DNA of 64,000 bases, taken from an uncultured Spirochaetota bacterium (GTDB lineage: Bacteria > Spirochaetota > Spirochaetia > SZUA-6 > CAVTHK01). The first letter of the stretch is position 1. Each line of letters starts with the position of its first letter. Shown one piece after another: positions 29,763 through 40,415 of this stretch. The stretch is from the NCBI GenBank assembly GCA_963734495.1, contig CAVTHK010000002.1, positions 64,001 through 128,000 on the forward strand. Reading direction: 5' to 3'. The notes below the pieces were generated by a model, which ran no database searches, had not been told where the DNA came from, and worked only from the letters and a program-made list of their open reading frames with translations. Made by a program: the position numbers and the translations under genes.

Positions 29763-31219
29763 TGCTTGACCTCGAAGTGCTCCCCGTACTTGCGCCTGTA
29801 GTACTCGAGTCGGGCCTGCAGATCGCCCTTGCGGTCGGCGCGCGCCGCTTCGGCAGCGGCGGCCGCGGGCGCAGCGGCGACAGGGACCGCGGTTTCGGCT
29901 TCGGCCCGGCCCGCTTCGACCCGCGCGGCGCCCGCCCGGTCGCGGCCGCCCTCGCCGCCGCGTCCGCGCCGCTCGCCGCGATCGCCCCGCCGCGCGAGCC
30001 CGCCGCTGCGGCCGCGGCCGCCGCGGTCATCGCGGTCGCCGCGGCGCAGCCACGAGCCCATGCGGAGCCCGCGGCTCGAGTCTACGGCGATGAGCTCGTC
30101 GGTCACCGGGCGAACCGGGATCTTCGCGCCTATGAACTTCTCGATCGCTTCCAGCCCGTAGACGAAGCGCTCGCAAGCCAGGCTCACGGCCTTGCCCTGC
30201 TTGCCCTGCCGCGCGGTGCGGCCGATGCGGTGCACATACCCTTCGGCGTTTTCGGGCAGGTCGTAGTTGACGACGAGCTCCAGGTCGTTTATGTGCAGGC
30301 CTCGCGCGGCCACGTCCGTGGCGACGAGGTAGCGCAGCCGCCCGTCCTTGATCTCGTCGATGATCTTGAGGCGCTTCTTCTGGGTGAGGTCCCCCATGAT
30401 GAACTCGACCCTGTAGCCGTTGTGGCGCAGCCGCTCCGCGACCTCGACGGCTGCCTGCTTGGTGTTCGTGAAGATCAGCGCGTTTTCGGGGTTCTCTTTG
30501 GCAAGCAGGCCCAGCAGGAGACGCAGCTTCTCGCTGCCCGACACGTGGTAGAGCTCCTGCACGACCGTCTCGACCGTGACCTGATCGGGCTCGACGAGGA
30601 TCTCCGCAGGGTCGTTCATGTGCTCCCACGCGAGGTGCGCGACGTTGGTCGACAGCGTCGCGCTGAAGAGCATCGTCATCCGCTCCTTTGGCGGCCTCAT
30701 GCCGCGGAGGATGCGCCTGAGATCCGGGAGGAAGCCCATGTCGAAGAGCCGGTCCGCCTCGTCGATGACGAAGAAGCCGAAGTCCCGGAAGTCGATCCTG
30801 CGATTCCCGCGCGCGAAGTCGAGGAGCCGGCCCGGAGTCCCGATGACCAGCTCCACCTTGCGGGCGAGCGCCTCCTCCTGCGGCCCGTAACCGACGCCGC
30901 CGAAGACGACGACGGTGCCAAAGGGGAGATGCCCTCCGAGCAGGCGGGCCTCCTGCTCGATCTGCACCGCCAGCTCGCGCGTCGGTGCGATCACGAGCGC
31001 CCGGCGCGGGTAGGGGCAGTCGGGCCGCAGCAGGTGGTGGTAGATCGTGACGAGGAACGCGGCGGTCTTGCCGGTTCCCGTCTGCGACTGGACGAATACG
31101 TCGCGTCCCGTGAGGGAATGAGCGAACGTCTCGGCCTGGACCTGCGTGCACTCGGTGAACCCGGCATCCCGGGTACCGGCGAGCAGGTCAGGGTGGAGAT
31201 CAAGTTGTGTGAATTGCAT
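29759..31219 (-). CDS. DEAD-box RNA helicase (RhlB-like)
   Basis: SQTGTGKT, PTRELA, DEAD, SAT and HRIGRTAR. Confidence 0.95.
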   Translation of the reverse strand: MQFTQLDLHPDLLAGTRDAGFTECTQVQAETFAHSLTGRDVFVQSQTGTGKTAAFLVTIYHHLLRPDCPYPRRALVIAPTRELAVQIEQEARLLGGHLPFGTVVVFGGVGYGPQEEALARKVELVIGTPGRLLDFARGNRRIDFRDFGFFVIDEADRLFDMGFLPDLRRILRGMRPPKERMTMLFSATLSTNVAHLAWEHMNDPAEILVEPDQVTVETVVQELYHVSGSEKLRLLLGLLAKENPENALIFTNTKQAAVEVAERLRHNGYRVEFIMGDLTQKKRLKIIDEIKDGRLRYLVATDVAARGLHINDLELVVNYDLPENAEGYVHRIGRTARQGKQGKAVSLACERFVYGLEAIEKFIGAKIPVRPVTDELIAVDSSRGLRMGSWLRRGDRDDRGGRGRSGGLARRGDRGERRGRGGEGGRDRAGAARVEAGRAEAETAVPVAAAPAAAAAEAARADRKGDLQARLEYYRRKYGEHFEVKQ

Positions 31220-31339
31220 CTGTCTTGGAGGAGTGTCCTTAGCGAAGCGTGTTTCGACTAAGATAGCGCAAATGCGCGGCAGTGCCAACCGGCGCCCGCC
31301 CGCGGACCCGCCCGCCGACCCGCCGAATTGAGCGGGCCT

Positions 31340-32275
31340 TCAGCCGGTAAAGAAGAGCGCGGCGGCGCCGGCCACGGCGACCGCGGTGCCCGCCGCCGCG
31401 CGCGCGGTGATCCGCTCGCCGGTCACCAGGCGCGAGAGGGGCAGGAGCAGGATCGGCGAGGTCTGCATCAGGGTCGAAGCGACCCCGATCTCGACCCGCG
31501 CGATCGCGTAGAGCGAGAGGGCGACTCCGAGAAAGGGGCCCGCCAGGGTGCCGGCGAGGACGAGGACGGCCGTCCTCGGGACCGAGGCCGCGCGGAAGTC
31601 CGCCAGCGCGCGTCCGGATACGGCTGCCCAGAGCCCCATCCCGAAGGAGCCGGCAGTGAGCCGGACGAGGTTGGCAGCGACCGGCGACATCCCCTCCTGC
31701 AGGGCCAGCTTCGAAAGGAGCAGCCCGCCGGCCTGCCCGACGGCTCCACCGCAGGCGCAGGCCACGCCCCAGAGCCTGCGTCGCCGCGCGTGGGCGGCCT
31801 TCGCATCCGCGTCTGCGCCGGCATCGGCCGCCGGCTCGGTTCCCGCGGCGGGACCCGCCACCACCACCGCGATGCCGGCGAGCGTCACGGCGATCATCGC
31901 CGCCTTCCAGAGGCTCAGCCGCTCGCCGAGGACGACGAAGCCGAGGAACGCGCCGAAGATGGGCACCGAGGTCATGATCAGCATGGTCGTCCGCGCGCCG
32001 AGCTGCACGAACCCCTCGAAGAGGAAGGCGTCCCCGAGCACGTAGCCGATGAGCCCGGACGCGGCGAGAAAGGCGAGCTGGCGTGCGCCGGCCGCCTGCG
32101 GCAGGATGCGGCCGGTGAGCGCCAGGTGCGCGAGCGCGGTCAGCGACAGCGCGAGCCAGAGGCGCACGTGGTTCACGGCGCCGGAGCCGATGCGCCTTCC
32201 CGCAAAGGAGTAGCAGAGCGAGCTCACGGCCCACATCAACGCGACCGCGGCCGCAGCGAGGATCCCGGTGTTCAC
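31340..32275 (-). CDS. DMT/EamA family transporter
   Basis: About 10 TM helices in two repeats; SGLIGYVLGD, LGERLS and GERIT. Confidence 0.85.
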   Translation of the reverse strand: MNTGILAAAAVALMWAVSSLCYSFAGRRIGSGAVNHVRLWLALSLTALAHLALTGRILPQAAGARQLAFLAASGLIGYVLGDAFLFEGFVQLGARTTMLIMTSVPIFGAFLGFVVLGERLSLWKAAMIAVTLAGIAVVVAGPAAGTEPAADAGADADAKAAHARRRRLWGVACACGGAVGQAGGLLLSKLALQEGMSPVAANLVRLTAGSFGMGLWAAVSGRALADFRAASVPRTAVLVLAGTLAGPFLGVALSLYAIARVEIGVASTLMQTSPILLLPLSRLVTGERITARAAAGTAVAVAGAAALFFTG

Positions 32276-32351
32276 CGGCCGCAGAGCATAGATCGGCCGG
32301 CGGCCGGCACGCAAGGTGTGCAAAGGCGGCGCGCCGGTGCTAAGCTCGGGC

Positions 32352-32879
32352 ATGGACTTCTTCGAGGCGATCGCCAGGCGGCACAGCTATCGGGGCGCCT
32401 TTGAGCCGCAGCGGGTCCCGCGCGAGGACCTGCGCGCCATCGTGCAGGCGGGCATCCAGGCACCTTCGGGCTACAACGGCCAGTCGACCAGCTTCGTCGT
32501 GGTGGACAGCGAGCCGCTTGTCGCGCGCATCGCCGCGATCACGGAGAATACGACTGTCGCCGGGGCGCCCGCGTTGATCGCGGTGGTGATGGATCCCGGG
32601 GCCACGGCCGACAGAAAGTTCTGCTTCGGCGTCGAGGACTACGCCGCCGCGACGGAGAACATGCTGCTCGCCATCACGGCGCTGGGCTACGCGAGCGTGT
32701 GGCTCGACGGAGCCCTGCGGAGCGAGGGCCGCGCCGCGGCAGTCGGCGAGCTGCTCGGCGTGCCGCCAGACAGGGAGGTGCGCGTGATCCTCCCCGTCGG
32801 CGTCCCGGCGGAGGCGCATCGGCAGAAGGAGAAGAAGCCCTTCGCGGAGCGCGCCTCGTTCAACCGCTGGGAGCGTTAG
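32352..32879 (+). CDS. Nitroreductase family protein
   Basis: AIARRHSYR, APSGYNGQ and ENMLLAITALGYASVW. Confidence 0.9.
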   Translation: MDFFEAIARRHSYRGAFEPQRVPREDLRAIVQAGIQAPSGYNGQSTSFVVVDSEPLVARIAAITENTTVAGAPALIAVVMDPGATADRKFCFGVEDYAAATENMLLAITALGYASVWLDGALRSEGRAAAVGELLGVPPDREVRVILPVGVPAEAHRQKEKKPFAERASFNRWER

Positions 32880-33070
32880 GAGCGGCCGGCCGCCGCCGCC
32901 CTGCGCGGCGGCGGCGGAATATGCCTTCCTTCGCCAGTCTCATCCATTCGATGGAACAGCTGAAGTGATCCTCGTAGGTCTGGATCAGCGTGAGCGCGTC
33001 GGGCCCGGACTGGTGCGCGCGGCCGTCGGACCTCTCGTCCTCGGGCTCGCCAAAGTGAAAGCGCACGCGT

Positions 33071-33664
33071 TCAGGGCTGCGGCTGTCCGAGGATCGCAGG
33101 CGGCTTGCCCCCCTCGGGCACGAAGATCATGGCGGCCGAGTTCATGCAGTAGCGCAGGCCCGTCGGCGGCGGCCCGTCGTCGAAGACGTGGCCGAGGTGG
33201 GAGCCGCTCAGGCTGTCGACGACCTCGACGCGCGTCATGCCGTAGGAAGTGTCGACGATGTACTTGACCGCGTCGGGCTTGATCGGCTCGTAGAAGCTCG
33301 GCCACCCGGTGCCGGAGTCGAACTTGGTCTTCGAGCTGAACAGCGGCTCGCCGGTCGCGGCCGAGTAGTAGGTGCCGGCCCGGTGGTTCTGGTCATACTC
33401 GCCGGTAAAGGGCTGCTCGGTGCCCGCCTGCCGCAGCACCTCGTACTGGAACGGCGTCAACCGCTGGCGCCATTCCGTGTCCGTCAGGCGCACGGGGTAG
33501 GCGGTCTTGAGGGCCTCCGATTCGGGGATGGCCGCGGCGAGCACCTGCGCCATCGGGCTGCCGGTGTCGCTCGCGATGCGCGTCTTTTCCGCCGAAGGAG
33601 CCGCGAAAGCCTGGCCGAGCCCGAACAGCACGGCCGGAAATACGATCAACGTGCGGATGTGCAT
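33071..33664 (-). CDS. msrB: Peptide-methionine (R)-S-oxide reductase with signal peptide
   Basis: [29 protein letters not shown] and RYCMNS. Confidence 0.95.
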   Translation of the reverse strand: MHIRTLIVFPAVLFGLGQAFAAPSAEKTRIASDTGSPMAQVLAAAIPESEALKTAYPVRLTDTEWRQRLTPFQYEVLRQAGTEQPFTGEYDQNHRAGTYYSAATGEPLFSSKTKFDSGTGWPSFYEPIKPDAVKYIVDTSYGMTRVEVVDSLSGSHLGHVFDDGPPPTGLRYCMNSAAMIFVPEGGKPPAILGQPQP

Positions 33665-33799
33665 AGTTTACTCCTGCTGTCAGGAATATACTGAAGGGCG
33701 GCAAGCCGGGAGTAGCGCACCCGATCGGCGAGTCAGGGCTTGTCGCGGGCGTCGCCCAGCTCGTGACGCAGGCGGCGGACATCGTCGCCCATCGACAGG

Positions 33800-35035
33800 T
33801 CATGCCGTCCTCTCTCCTTTCGCAGTCCGTTCGCGAAACCATGGCAGGCTCGCCCGATACGCGTCGAATCGCTCGCCTTCGCGCTCGTCGCGGTCCGCCA
33901 GCTTGAGCCACATCGCCTGATCCTTGTCGCGGCCGCTGAGCTCGCGCCGGCTTGCCAGCCCCTCGGGGTCAGGCCCGGACCAGACCACCTCGCCCTTCTG
34001 CAGGTAGACGAAATTGCCGCCGTGGCGCGAGACGATCGCGGACCGGCGATCCTGGTAGACGAGCGCCTGCTCGCACGCGGTCTCGAGCCAGCTCGCGATC
34101 ACGCCGTGCGGGTCCTCGACCACCGAGTCGAAGACGCCGAGCGGACGGCTGACTTCACTTTCAAAGTCGATCTCTTCGAGGCGCACCGTGCCGTAGCCGG
34201 CCTCCGAAGCGGCCAGCAGGTGGTTGCGGTCGCGGCGGAAGGGTGGGGTGGGCCAGTCCGACGCGGGGTCGTGCCCCATGAGCCACGCGGCGCAGGCGTC
34301 GGTCGCGATGACGTGGTCGCCGGCCACCAGCGCGTCGCACACGCGGCCTTCGCCCCCCCACTCCATGCCCGACTGCCCGGTCAGGGCGTCGATGATCGCG
34401 AGGCACGGGTCGGCGATCCGGGCCAGGTCCGCGAGCACGTAGGGGAGGCGGACGAGATGGTGGAAATAGGACCGCGTCCGGCCTGCCGGCCGGCTGATCG
34501 GAGGCAGGCCGAAGAGGTTCTTTGTGGTGAGCGTCACGCCCATGAACTTGTGGTTCTTGAGCTTTGCGACCGAGACCACCTCGGCCCCCTCGAGGCAGGC
34601 GCTCAGGGTGTAGCGCTCGAAGATGCGGCCGCCGCCGGGCACGTCGTAGGTCTTGAAGGGAGGCAGGTTGGAATCGACGAACGAGACGCCAAAGTCGCGC
34701 AGGTGCTGCGCGTAGTTGAAGTCGCCGCCCATCAGGTGTTCGGGCGCGTACGGGTTGGTGTCGGTCGCCGTGATCGGGGCGCTCGTGCGCTCGCGCAGCA
34801 GGCGGAGCACGGCGCGGCAGACCGCGTCGTCGACCAGCTCGCGCCGCCTGCCTTCGAACCAGGCGATGCGTTCGGGGGGCTTCATCATGTTGAGCTTGAT
34901 CACGATGCGGTCGGCGCGGGCGAGGCGCTCCCAGGCGCGCTCGAGAGGGTCGGTCGCGGCGCGGAGAGCGTCGTAGATCTGCTGGTCGGACGCGCGATGG
35001 TCGCAGCGCACCGCGCGGACTGTGTGGGCTTTCAT
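33800..35035 (-). CDS. DUF362 domain protein
   Basis: IVIKLN, VSVAKLKNH..VTLTTKNLFG and DHVIATDA. Confidence 0.75.
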   Translation of the reverse strand: MKAHTVRAVRCDHRASDQQIYDALRAATDPLERAWERLARADRIVIKLNMMKPPERIAWFEGRRRELVDDAVCRAVLRLLRERTSAPITATDTNPYAPEHLMGGDFNYAQHLRDFGVSFVDSNLPPFKTYDVPGGGRIFERYTLSACLEGAEVVSVAKLKNHKFMGVTLTTKNLFGLPPISRPAGRTRSYFHHLVRLPYVLADLARIADPCLAIIDALTGQSGMEWGGEGRVCDALVAGDHVIATDACAAWLMGHDPASDWPTPPFRRDRNHLLAASEAGYGTVRLEEIDFESEVSRPLGVFDSVVEDPHGVIASWLETACEQALVYQDRRSAIVSRHGGNFVYLQKGEVVWSGPDPEGLASRRELSGRDKDQAMWLKLADRDEREGERFDAYRASLPWFRERTAKGERTA

Positions 35036-35281
35036 GCGGGTACCCGCGGCTGAGGATACCCTACCGCGAGCGCGGGGCAAAGCCTCGGGCCGGTCGGGAG
35101 GCCGTTTCCCGCGGGGGGTGTCTCCCCATCCAAAAAAACCGGAAGATCCGAATGCACGGGCACGAATTTCCGGTTCTTTTCAATGGGAAGGCACCTGCCT
35201 CGGCCGGCGCGTCAGGCGGGTGAGGTGTCAGCCCGGGGCCACGACATCCATGTCGGCCCCGGGCAGGCACGTCCCCTGTGC

Positions 35282-36346
35282 CTAGTAGTCGACGGAGCCT
35301 TTCCGCTCGACGAGCGCCCGCGTGGACAACAGCCCGCAAGCCGCCGCAATGTCCAGGCCGCGCGACTTGCGGATCGTGGTCATGACTCCGCTCGCCTTGA
35401 GGCGCGCCTGGAACTCCAGCACCCGCTCGGGGAGCGAAGGCTCGAGCGGCGTCCCCTCCACCGGGTGGAAGGGGATCAGGTTCACACGGCTGCGGATACC
35501 GTGGAGCAGCCGCACGAGCTCCCGCGCGTGGCGTTCGGTATCGTTCACGCCGCGGAACATGATGTACTCGAACGACACGCGCCGGCGCTTGGGAACCGCC
35601 GCCCGGCGCAGCGCAGCGAGCACCTCGGCGAGCGGGTAGACCGTCTCGACCGGCATGAGCCTTCGACGCTCCTCCTCGAAAGGCGAGTGCAGGCTCACGG
35701 CGAGATGGCAGGCGCTGCGCTCCAGGAACTCCTCCATTGCGGGGATGATGCCTACCGTCGACACGGTGATGCGGCGCGGCGCGAAGCCGTACCCCCAGTC
35801 GGCGGTGAACGCTTCGAGGCTGGCGAGCACCGCAGCCAGGTTGTCCATCGGCTCGCCCATGCCCATGTAGACGACGTTGGTGACGCTCTCGCGCTCGGGC
35901 AGGCTGCGGTACTGGTTGAGGATCTCGCCGGGGGAGAGGTTGCCCTGGAAGCCCTGCTTCCCGGTCATGCAGAAGAGGCAGCCCATCTTGCAGCCGACCT
36001 GCACGGAGAGGCAGAGGGTGGCCCGATCGCCTTCGGGGATATAGGCAGCCTCGACGAAGCGCCCCGCGTGACTCTCGAAGAGGTACTTGCGCGTCCCGTC
36101 GGCCGACTCGCTCACTCTCGCGGGAGGCCGGACGCCGAGGTCCGCGTCCCGCGCCAGGGCGCCTCGCGCGGCCAGGGACAGGTCGCTCATCGCGTCGACG
36201 CTGTCGGCCGCGCGCCGGTAAACCCAGCCGGCAATCTGGCGGCCGGCGTAGCGCGGGAGGCCGAGCCGGAGAGCCAGCCCGTCGATCTCGCCGAGGCTCA
36301 TGCCGAGGAGGGAGGGACGGTCGGAGGGGCTGCCTTGATTCTTCAT
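35282..36346 (-). CDS. rlmN: 23S rRNA A2503 C2-methyltransferase RlmN
   Basis: CLSVQVGCKMGCLFC, MGMGEP and RGLDIAAACG. Confidence 0.95.
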   Translation of the reverse strand: MKNQGSPSDRPSLLGMSLGEIDGLALRLGLPRYAGRQIAGWVYRRAADSVDAMSDLSLAARGALARDADLGVRPPARVSESADGTRKYLFESHAGRFVEAAYIPEGDRATLCLSVQVGCKMGCLFCMTGKQGFQGNLSPGEILNQYRSLPERESVTNVVYMGMGEPMDNLAAVLASLEAFTADWGYGFAPRRITVSTVGIIPAMEEFLERSACHLAVSLHSPFEEERRRLMPVETVYPLAEVLAALRRAAVPKRRRVSFEYIMFRGVNDTERHARELVRLLHGIRSRVNLIPFHPVEGTPLEPSLPERVLEFQARLKASGVMTTIRKSRGLDIAAACGLLSTRALVERKGSVDY

Positions 36347-36999
36347 CAGAAGTAGATCTCCGAGACGATGTGCTCGAACGGCACGCCGCGCGCGATCAGA
36401 AGGTCGCGCACGTCGACGACCATCGCCGGGCTCCCGCACAGCAGGTAATGCGCCTCAGGCTGAATTTCCGCCGAGAGCAGGTACGCGGTGAGCCGGCCCG
36501 GAAACACCGAGGGCTCCGCGGCCGCCGGGCAGCAGGGCACGTAGCTGGCGCCGAGAGCGGCGTGCAGGTCCTCCTGGTACAGCAGCCCTTCGAGCGTGCG
36601 GCTGCCCTGGATGAGCAGGCGCTCGCGCGTGCGGCCCGCGCGGACCATGGAGAGAAACGGCGCGACGCCGGTCCCGGCCGCGACCCAGACCGCTTTGCCG
36701 GCGGCGTCGCGGAAGCTCCCGGTCGGTTCGCCCACGAAGATCGCGTCCCCGGGCTCGAGTGTCGCCAGCCACGGCGTGAGCCTGCCGCCCTCGACCAGGT
36801 CGAACAGCAGCTCGACTTCGGGGTCCTGCGGGCCGCTCGCCACGCTGTAGCGCCGCGGCGTCATCCCGGCGTCCGCCGCCACCGGGACGCATTCTCCCGG
36901 GGCGAAGGAGAAGGAGCGCGGAAAGCGCAGGCTGAAGATACCTGGCGCGAGCTCCGCGAGCGCGCTGACGCGGGCCGCGGCGAGTCTTGCGTCGCCCAC
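36346..36999 (-). CDS. Ferredoxin-NADP reductase-like FAD/NAD-binding oxidoreductase
   Basis: RRYSVAS, GTGVAPF, LCGSPAMV and C-terminal EIYF. Confidence 0.88.
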   Translation of the reverse strand: MGDARLAAARVSALAELAPGIFSLRFPRSFSFAPGECVPVAADAGMTPRRYSVASGPQDPEVELLFDLVEGGRLTPWLATLEPGDAIFVGEPTGSFRDAAGKAVWVAAGTGVAPFLSMVRAGRTRERLLIQGSRTLEGLLYQEDLHAALGASYVPCCPAAAEPSVFPGRLTAYLLSAEIQPEAHYLLCGSPAMVVDVRDLLIARGVPFEHIVSEIYF

Positions 37000-37062
37000 G
37001 AGGCAACCTCCCCGATCGAATCTACGAGCGTGGCGCGAAAGCGGTCAAGGCACGAAAGCGGC

Positions 37063-37115
37063 GGCGGCCGAGGCGGCGGGCAGGCGGCCGAGGCGGTCCA
37101 GGGCGGCCGAGGCGG
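37063..37115. repeat. Three 14-bp direct repeats
   Basis: ggcggccgaggcgg at 37063, 37083 and 37102. Confidence 0.7.
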
Positions 37116-37137
37116 CGGAAGCGGACGCGCCTGCGCG

Positions 37138-37626
37138 TCAGCCCGCCTCGGCGAGCAACCCTTCGAGGTCGAGGGGCAGGGTGGTCATGGAAAGCTCCCC
37201 GCCGGCGCGCTTCGGCCATCGCTCTTTCGGCCGGTCGCAGTAGAGCTCGACGCCGTTGCCGTCGGGGTCGCGCAGGTAGATCGCCTCGGACACGCCGTGG
37301 TCCGAAGCGCCATCCAGGGGGTAGCCGGAGTCTACGAGGCGCTTGAGCGTCGTCGCGAGCTCGCTCCGGCTCGGGTAGAGGATCGCGAAGTGGTAGAGCC
37401 CCGTGTGCCCGTGGGGAGGTGGGCTCGCGCCCTTTCCCGCCCACGTGTTCAGCCCGATGTGGTGGTGGTAGCCGCCGGCGGAGAGGAACACCGCCGAGTC
37501 GCCGTACCACTGCATCACGGCGAAGCCGAGAAGGTCGCGGTAGAAGGCCAGCGCGCGGTCGAGGTCCGCCACCGTGAGGTGGACGTGGCCGATCCGGACG
37601 TCCGGATGGGTCGACGGCCCGGTCAT
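37138..37626 (-). CDS. VOC/glyoxalase family protein (CatE-like single domain)
   Basis: IGHVHL, GYHHHIGLNTW, GLYHFAIL and DHGVSEAIYLRDPDGNGVELY. Confidence 0.9.
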   Translation of the reverse strand: MTGPSTHPDVRIGHVHLTVADLDRALAFYRDLLGFAVMQWYGDSAVFLSAGGYHHHIGLNTWAGKGASPPPHGHTGLYHFAILYPSRSELATTLKRLVDSGYPLDGASDHGVSEAIYLRDPDGNGVELYCDRPKERWPKRAGGELSMTTLPLDLEGLLAEAG

Positions 37627-38622
37627 CCGAGGCGCTCCGTCATCGAGTGCCACGCCTTGAGCACCGCCTCGATCTCGTTGTCGATCGCCGCGTCGCTCAC
37701 CTTCTTCTCAGGGTGCGCCTCGTACCAGGCAACCGACATGCGTGCGCCTTCGTGGAACGGGATGCGCGGCGTGAACTCGGGCACCAGGCGCCTGATCTTG
37801 CTGTTGTCGAACACGAGGCAGTGCGCCTTGTCGCCGAGGAGCCCGGGGCCGCGCGACGGGACGATGCGGCCGATGATCTGCGAAGGGACGTGCACGAGCT
37901 TCGGCTCGACTCCGAGCGCCGCGCCGATGCTCCGGTGGATCTCGTTCCAGGTGTAGACGAAATCGGAGGTGATGTGGAACGTCTCGCCGACCGCCGCGGG
38001 ATTCCCCATCAGCCCGACGAAGCCGGTCGCGAAGTCCCTGCTGTGCGTGAGCGTCCACAGCGATTCGCCGTCGCCGTGCACGACGATCTCCTTGCCCGCG
38101 AGCATCCGCGCCGCGACGGTGTAGTCGCGCGACCCGAAGGTCGTCGGGAACCAGCCGTCGCTGTAGGTGTGCGAGGGCCGCACCACCGTCATCGGGAAGC
38201 CGCCTTCGGCGTAGGCCCGCGCGAGCCTCTGCTCGCAGGCGATCTTCTTTTGCGAGTATTCCCAGAATGGATTGAAGGCCGGCGTCGCCTCCGTGATGAC
38301 GTAGTGTGCGCAGGGGCTTGTGGTAGACGGATGCCGAGCTGATAAAGATGTACTGCCGCGTCTTTCCGCGGAACAGCTCGAGATCGGCCTCGATGTGCGC
38401 GGGTTCGTACGCGATGAACTCCGCGACCGCGTCCCAGGTGTGGCCGCGCAGCGCCTGCGCCGCGGCGGCCCTGTCCCGGATGTCGGCGCGGATCGACCGC
38501 GCGCCCTGGGGCACGGGGCTGTTGCCGCGGTTGAGGACAAAGACCTCCCACCCGCGCCGCAGCGCCTCCTTTGCCGCTTCGAGCGAGATGTTGCCGGTCC
38601 CGCCGATGAACAAGACTTTCAT
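37623..38622 (-). CDS. NAD-dependent epimerase/SDR protein; frameshift near 38305
   Basis: MKVLFIGGTGNIS and YIFISSASVY; then WEYSQKKIACE and VRPSHTY in another frame. Confidence 0.85.
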
Positions 38623-38742
38623 GCGATCGAAGCTATTGCCGCGGAGGCAAGCCGTCAACCCCCGCGACGGCGGACTGTCCGCGACGGCGGACGCGGGCGC
38701 GCCGCGCTGGCGGCGTCCGACCGCCCGTGCTACAGTGCGCGC

Positions 38743-39789
38743 ATGACATCGCGCGAGCGGGTGCTGGCCGCGCTGCGCCGCGAGCAGCCGGACCGCGTCC
38801 CGTGGGTCGAGCTTTCGGTCGACAGGCCCCTCGCTCAGCGGCTGCTGGGCTGGAGCGGGACCGCGGCGCCCGCCGCCGACCTCGAGCACAACGCGTACAC
38901 GCTGGCCGAGATCGCGGAGCTGGCCGGCCACCTCGGGCTCGACGATCTCTTCTACGTCCTGCGCGCGCCCGTGTACGTCAAACGGGTCGCCGGCAAGGAC
39001 GGCAGGGTCTTCTACGGCGACGGCCTCATCCGATCCGAAGCGGACCTCCCGATGATGCAGCTCCCCGATCCCCGCGACCCGCGCCTCTACGACGAGGCGC
39101 GCGCGTTCGTCGCGGCCAGGGGCGAGCGGGCCGCCGCGTTCATCACGCGGGCGGGCATCTTTTCCACGATCATGAGCATGGGCATCGAGGGCTTCTCGTA
39201 CGCGCTCTTCGAGAACCTGCCGTTCCTCGAGACGGTGCTCGACCGCTACTTCGACTGGTCGATCGCGGTGGCGGAACGCGTCTGCGGCATGGGGTTCGAT
39301 TTCTACGTGACCACCGACGACATGGCGCACAAGACCGGGCCGCTCTTCTCCCCGCGGGTCTTCCACGACCTCGTGATGCCCCGCTACCGAAAGCTCGCCT
39401 CGAAGGTCACCCTGCCGTGGGTGATCCACAGCGACGGGAACATCGAGCCGCTCCTCCCGGACCTGATGACGCTCGGCATCGCGGCGATCCACCCCGTGGA
39501 GAGGGGCGCCATGGACATCCGCGCGATCAAGGCCCGCTACGGCCGGCGCCTCTGCCTGCTGGGGAACGTGGACCTGAACATCCTCGGCGACGGCACGGTC
39601 GCGGAGACGGAGGACGAGGTGCGCGGCCTGATCCGCGACCTCGGCCCGGGGGGCGGCTACATCGTGTCGAGCGGGAACAGCCTCGCGAGCTACCTCAAGC
39701 CCGAGAACGTAGAGGCGATGGCCCGCGCGATCAGGGAGCACGGCGCTCTGGCCGCGCCCCGGAGTCGGGAAGGAGGAGGTAAAAAATGA
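38743..39789 (+). CDS. Uroporphyrinogen decarboxylase/MtaA-like superfamily protein (second paralogue)
   Basis: MTSRERVLAALRREQPDRVP, IHSDGN and GGGYIVSSGNS. Confidence 0.85.
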   Translation: MTSRERVLAALRREQPDRVPWVELSVDRPLAQRLLGWSGTAAPAADLEHNAYTLAEIAELAGHLGLDDLFYVLRAPVYVKRVAGKDGRVFYGDGLIRSEADLPMMQLPDPRDPRLYDEARAFVAARGERAAAFITRAGIFSTIMSMGIEGFSYALFENLPFLETVLDRYFDWSIAVAERVCGMGFDFYVTTDDMAHKTGPLFSPRVFHDLVMPRYRKLASKVTLPWVIHSDGNIEPLLPDLMTLGIAAIHPVERGAMDIRAIKARYGRRLCLLGNVDLNILGDGTVAETEDEVRGLIRDLGPGGGYIVSSGNSLASYLKPENVEAMARAIREHGALAAPRSREGGGKK

Positions 39790-40335
39790 AGGTCGTCTGC
39801 CTGTCGGGAAGCCGCAACCGCGAGGGCCAGACCGGCCGCGCGCTGGGCGCGCTCGTGCGCGGGCTCGAGGCCGCGGGGGCGAGCTGCGAGCAGCGCTGGC
39901 TCCCCGAGCTGCGACTGGAGCGGTGCCGGCAGTGCAACGCCGACGGCTGGGGCCTCTGCAGGAGCGAGGGCCGATGCATCATCGAGGACGATCTCGGCGG
40001 CCTCGTCGACAAGCTCGCGGCCGCCGACCTCTGCGTGTTCGCGACGCCCGTCTACTTCGGCGACCTCGCAGAGAGCCTGCGCGCGTTGCTCGACCGGCTG
40101 ACGGCGCACCACGCGGCACTCCGCGGGCCTCGCCCGCATCGAGGGCCGCCGCGCCGCGGGCCTGTGCGTCGCCGGCGGTGGGGGAGGCGGGGGGCCGAGC
40201 TGCCTCGCGAGCCTCGAAAAGGTACTGCGCACCTGCGGGTTCGAGCTGATCGACGTCGCAGCAGCGAGGCGCCAGAACCTGGAGCAGATCCTGCCGTTGC
40301 TGGAGCAGCGGGGCCGCAGCCTCGCGAAATCCTGA
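39786..40335 (+). CDS. Flavodoxin/iron-sulfur flavoprotein-like protein; frameshift near 40125
   Basis: SGSRNREGQT, CRQC..C..C and FATPVYFGD; GLCVAGGGGGG in another frame. Confidence 0.8.
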
Positions 40336-40415
40336 CCGCGGCGGCGGGCAAAAGGGGTAGCCATCCCGGGCGGAATCCGCTATGTTTCCGCCAGTCTGAA
40401 GCAGGAGGCAACAGG

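Noticed and set aside
32860-33066. Small ORF between the nitroreductase and msrB genes
   Set aside because: No recognisable family or RBS, and it runs through a GC hairpin between convergent genes; coding status unsupported.
35070-35130. c-di-GMP-I riboswitch (gcaaagcc)
   Set aside because: The GGCAAAC/GAAA P2 elements are missing and the orientation is opposite to the adjacent genes.
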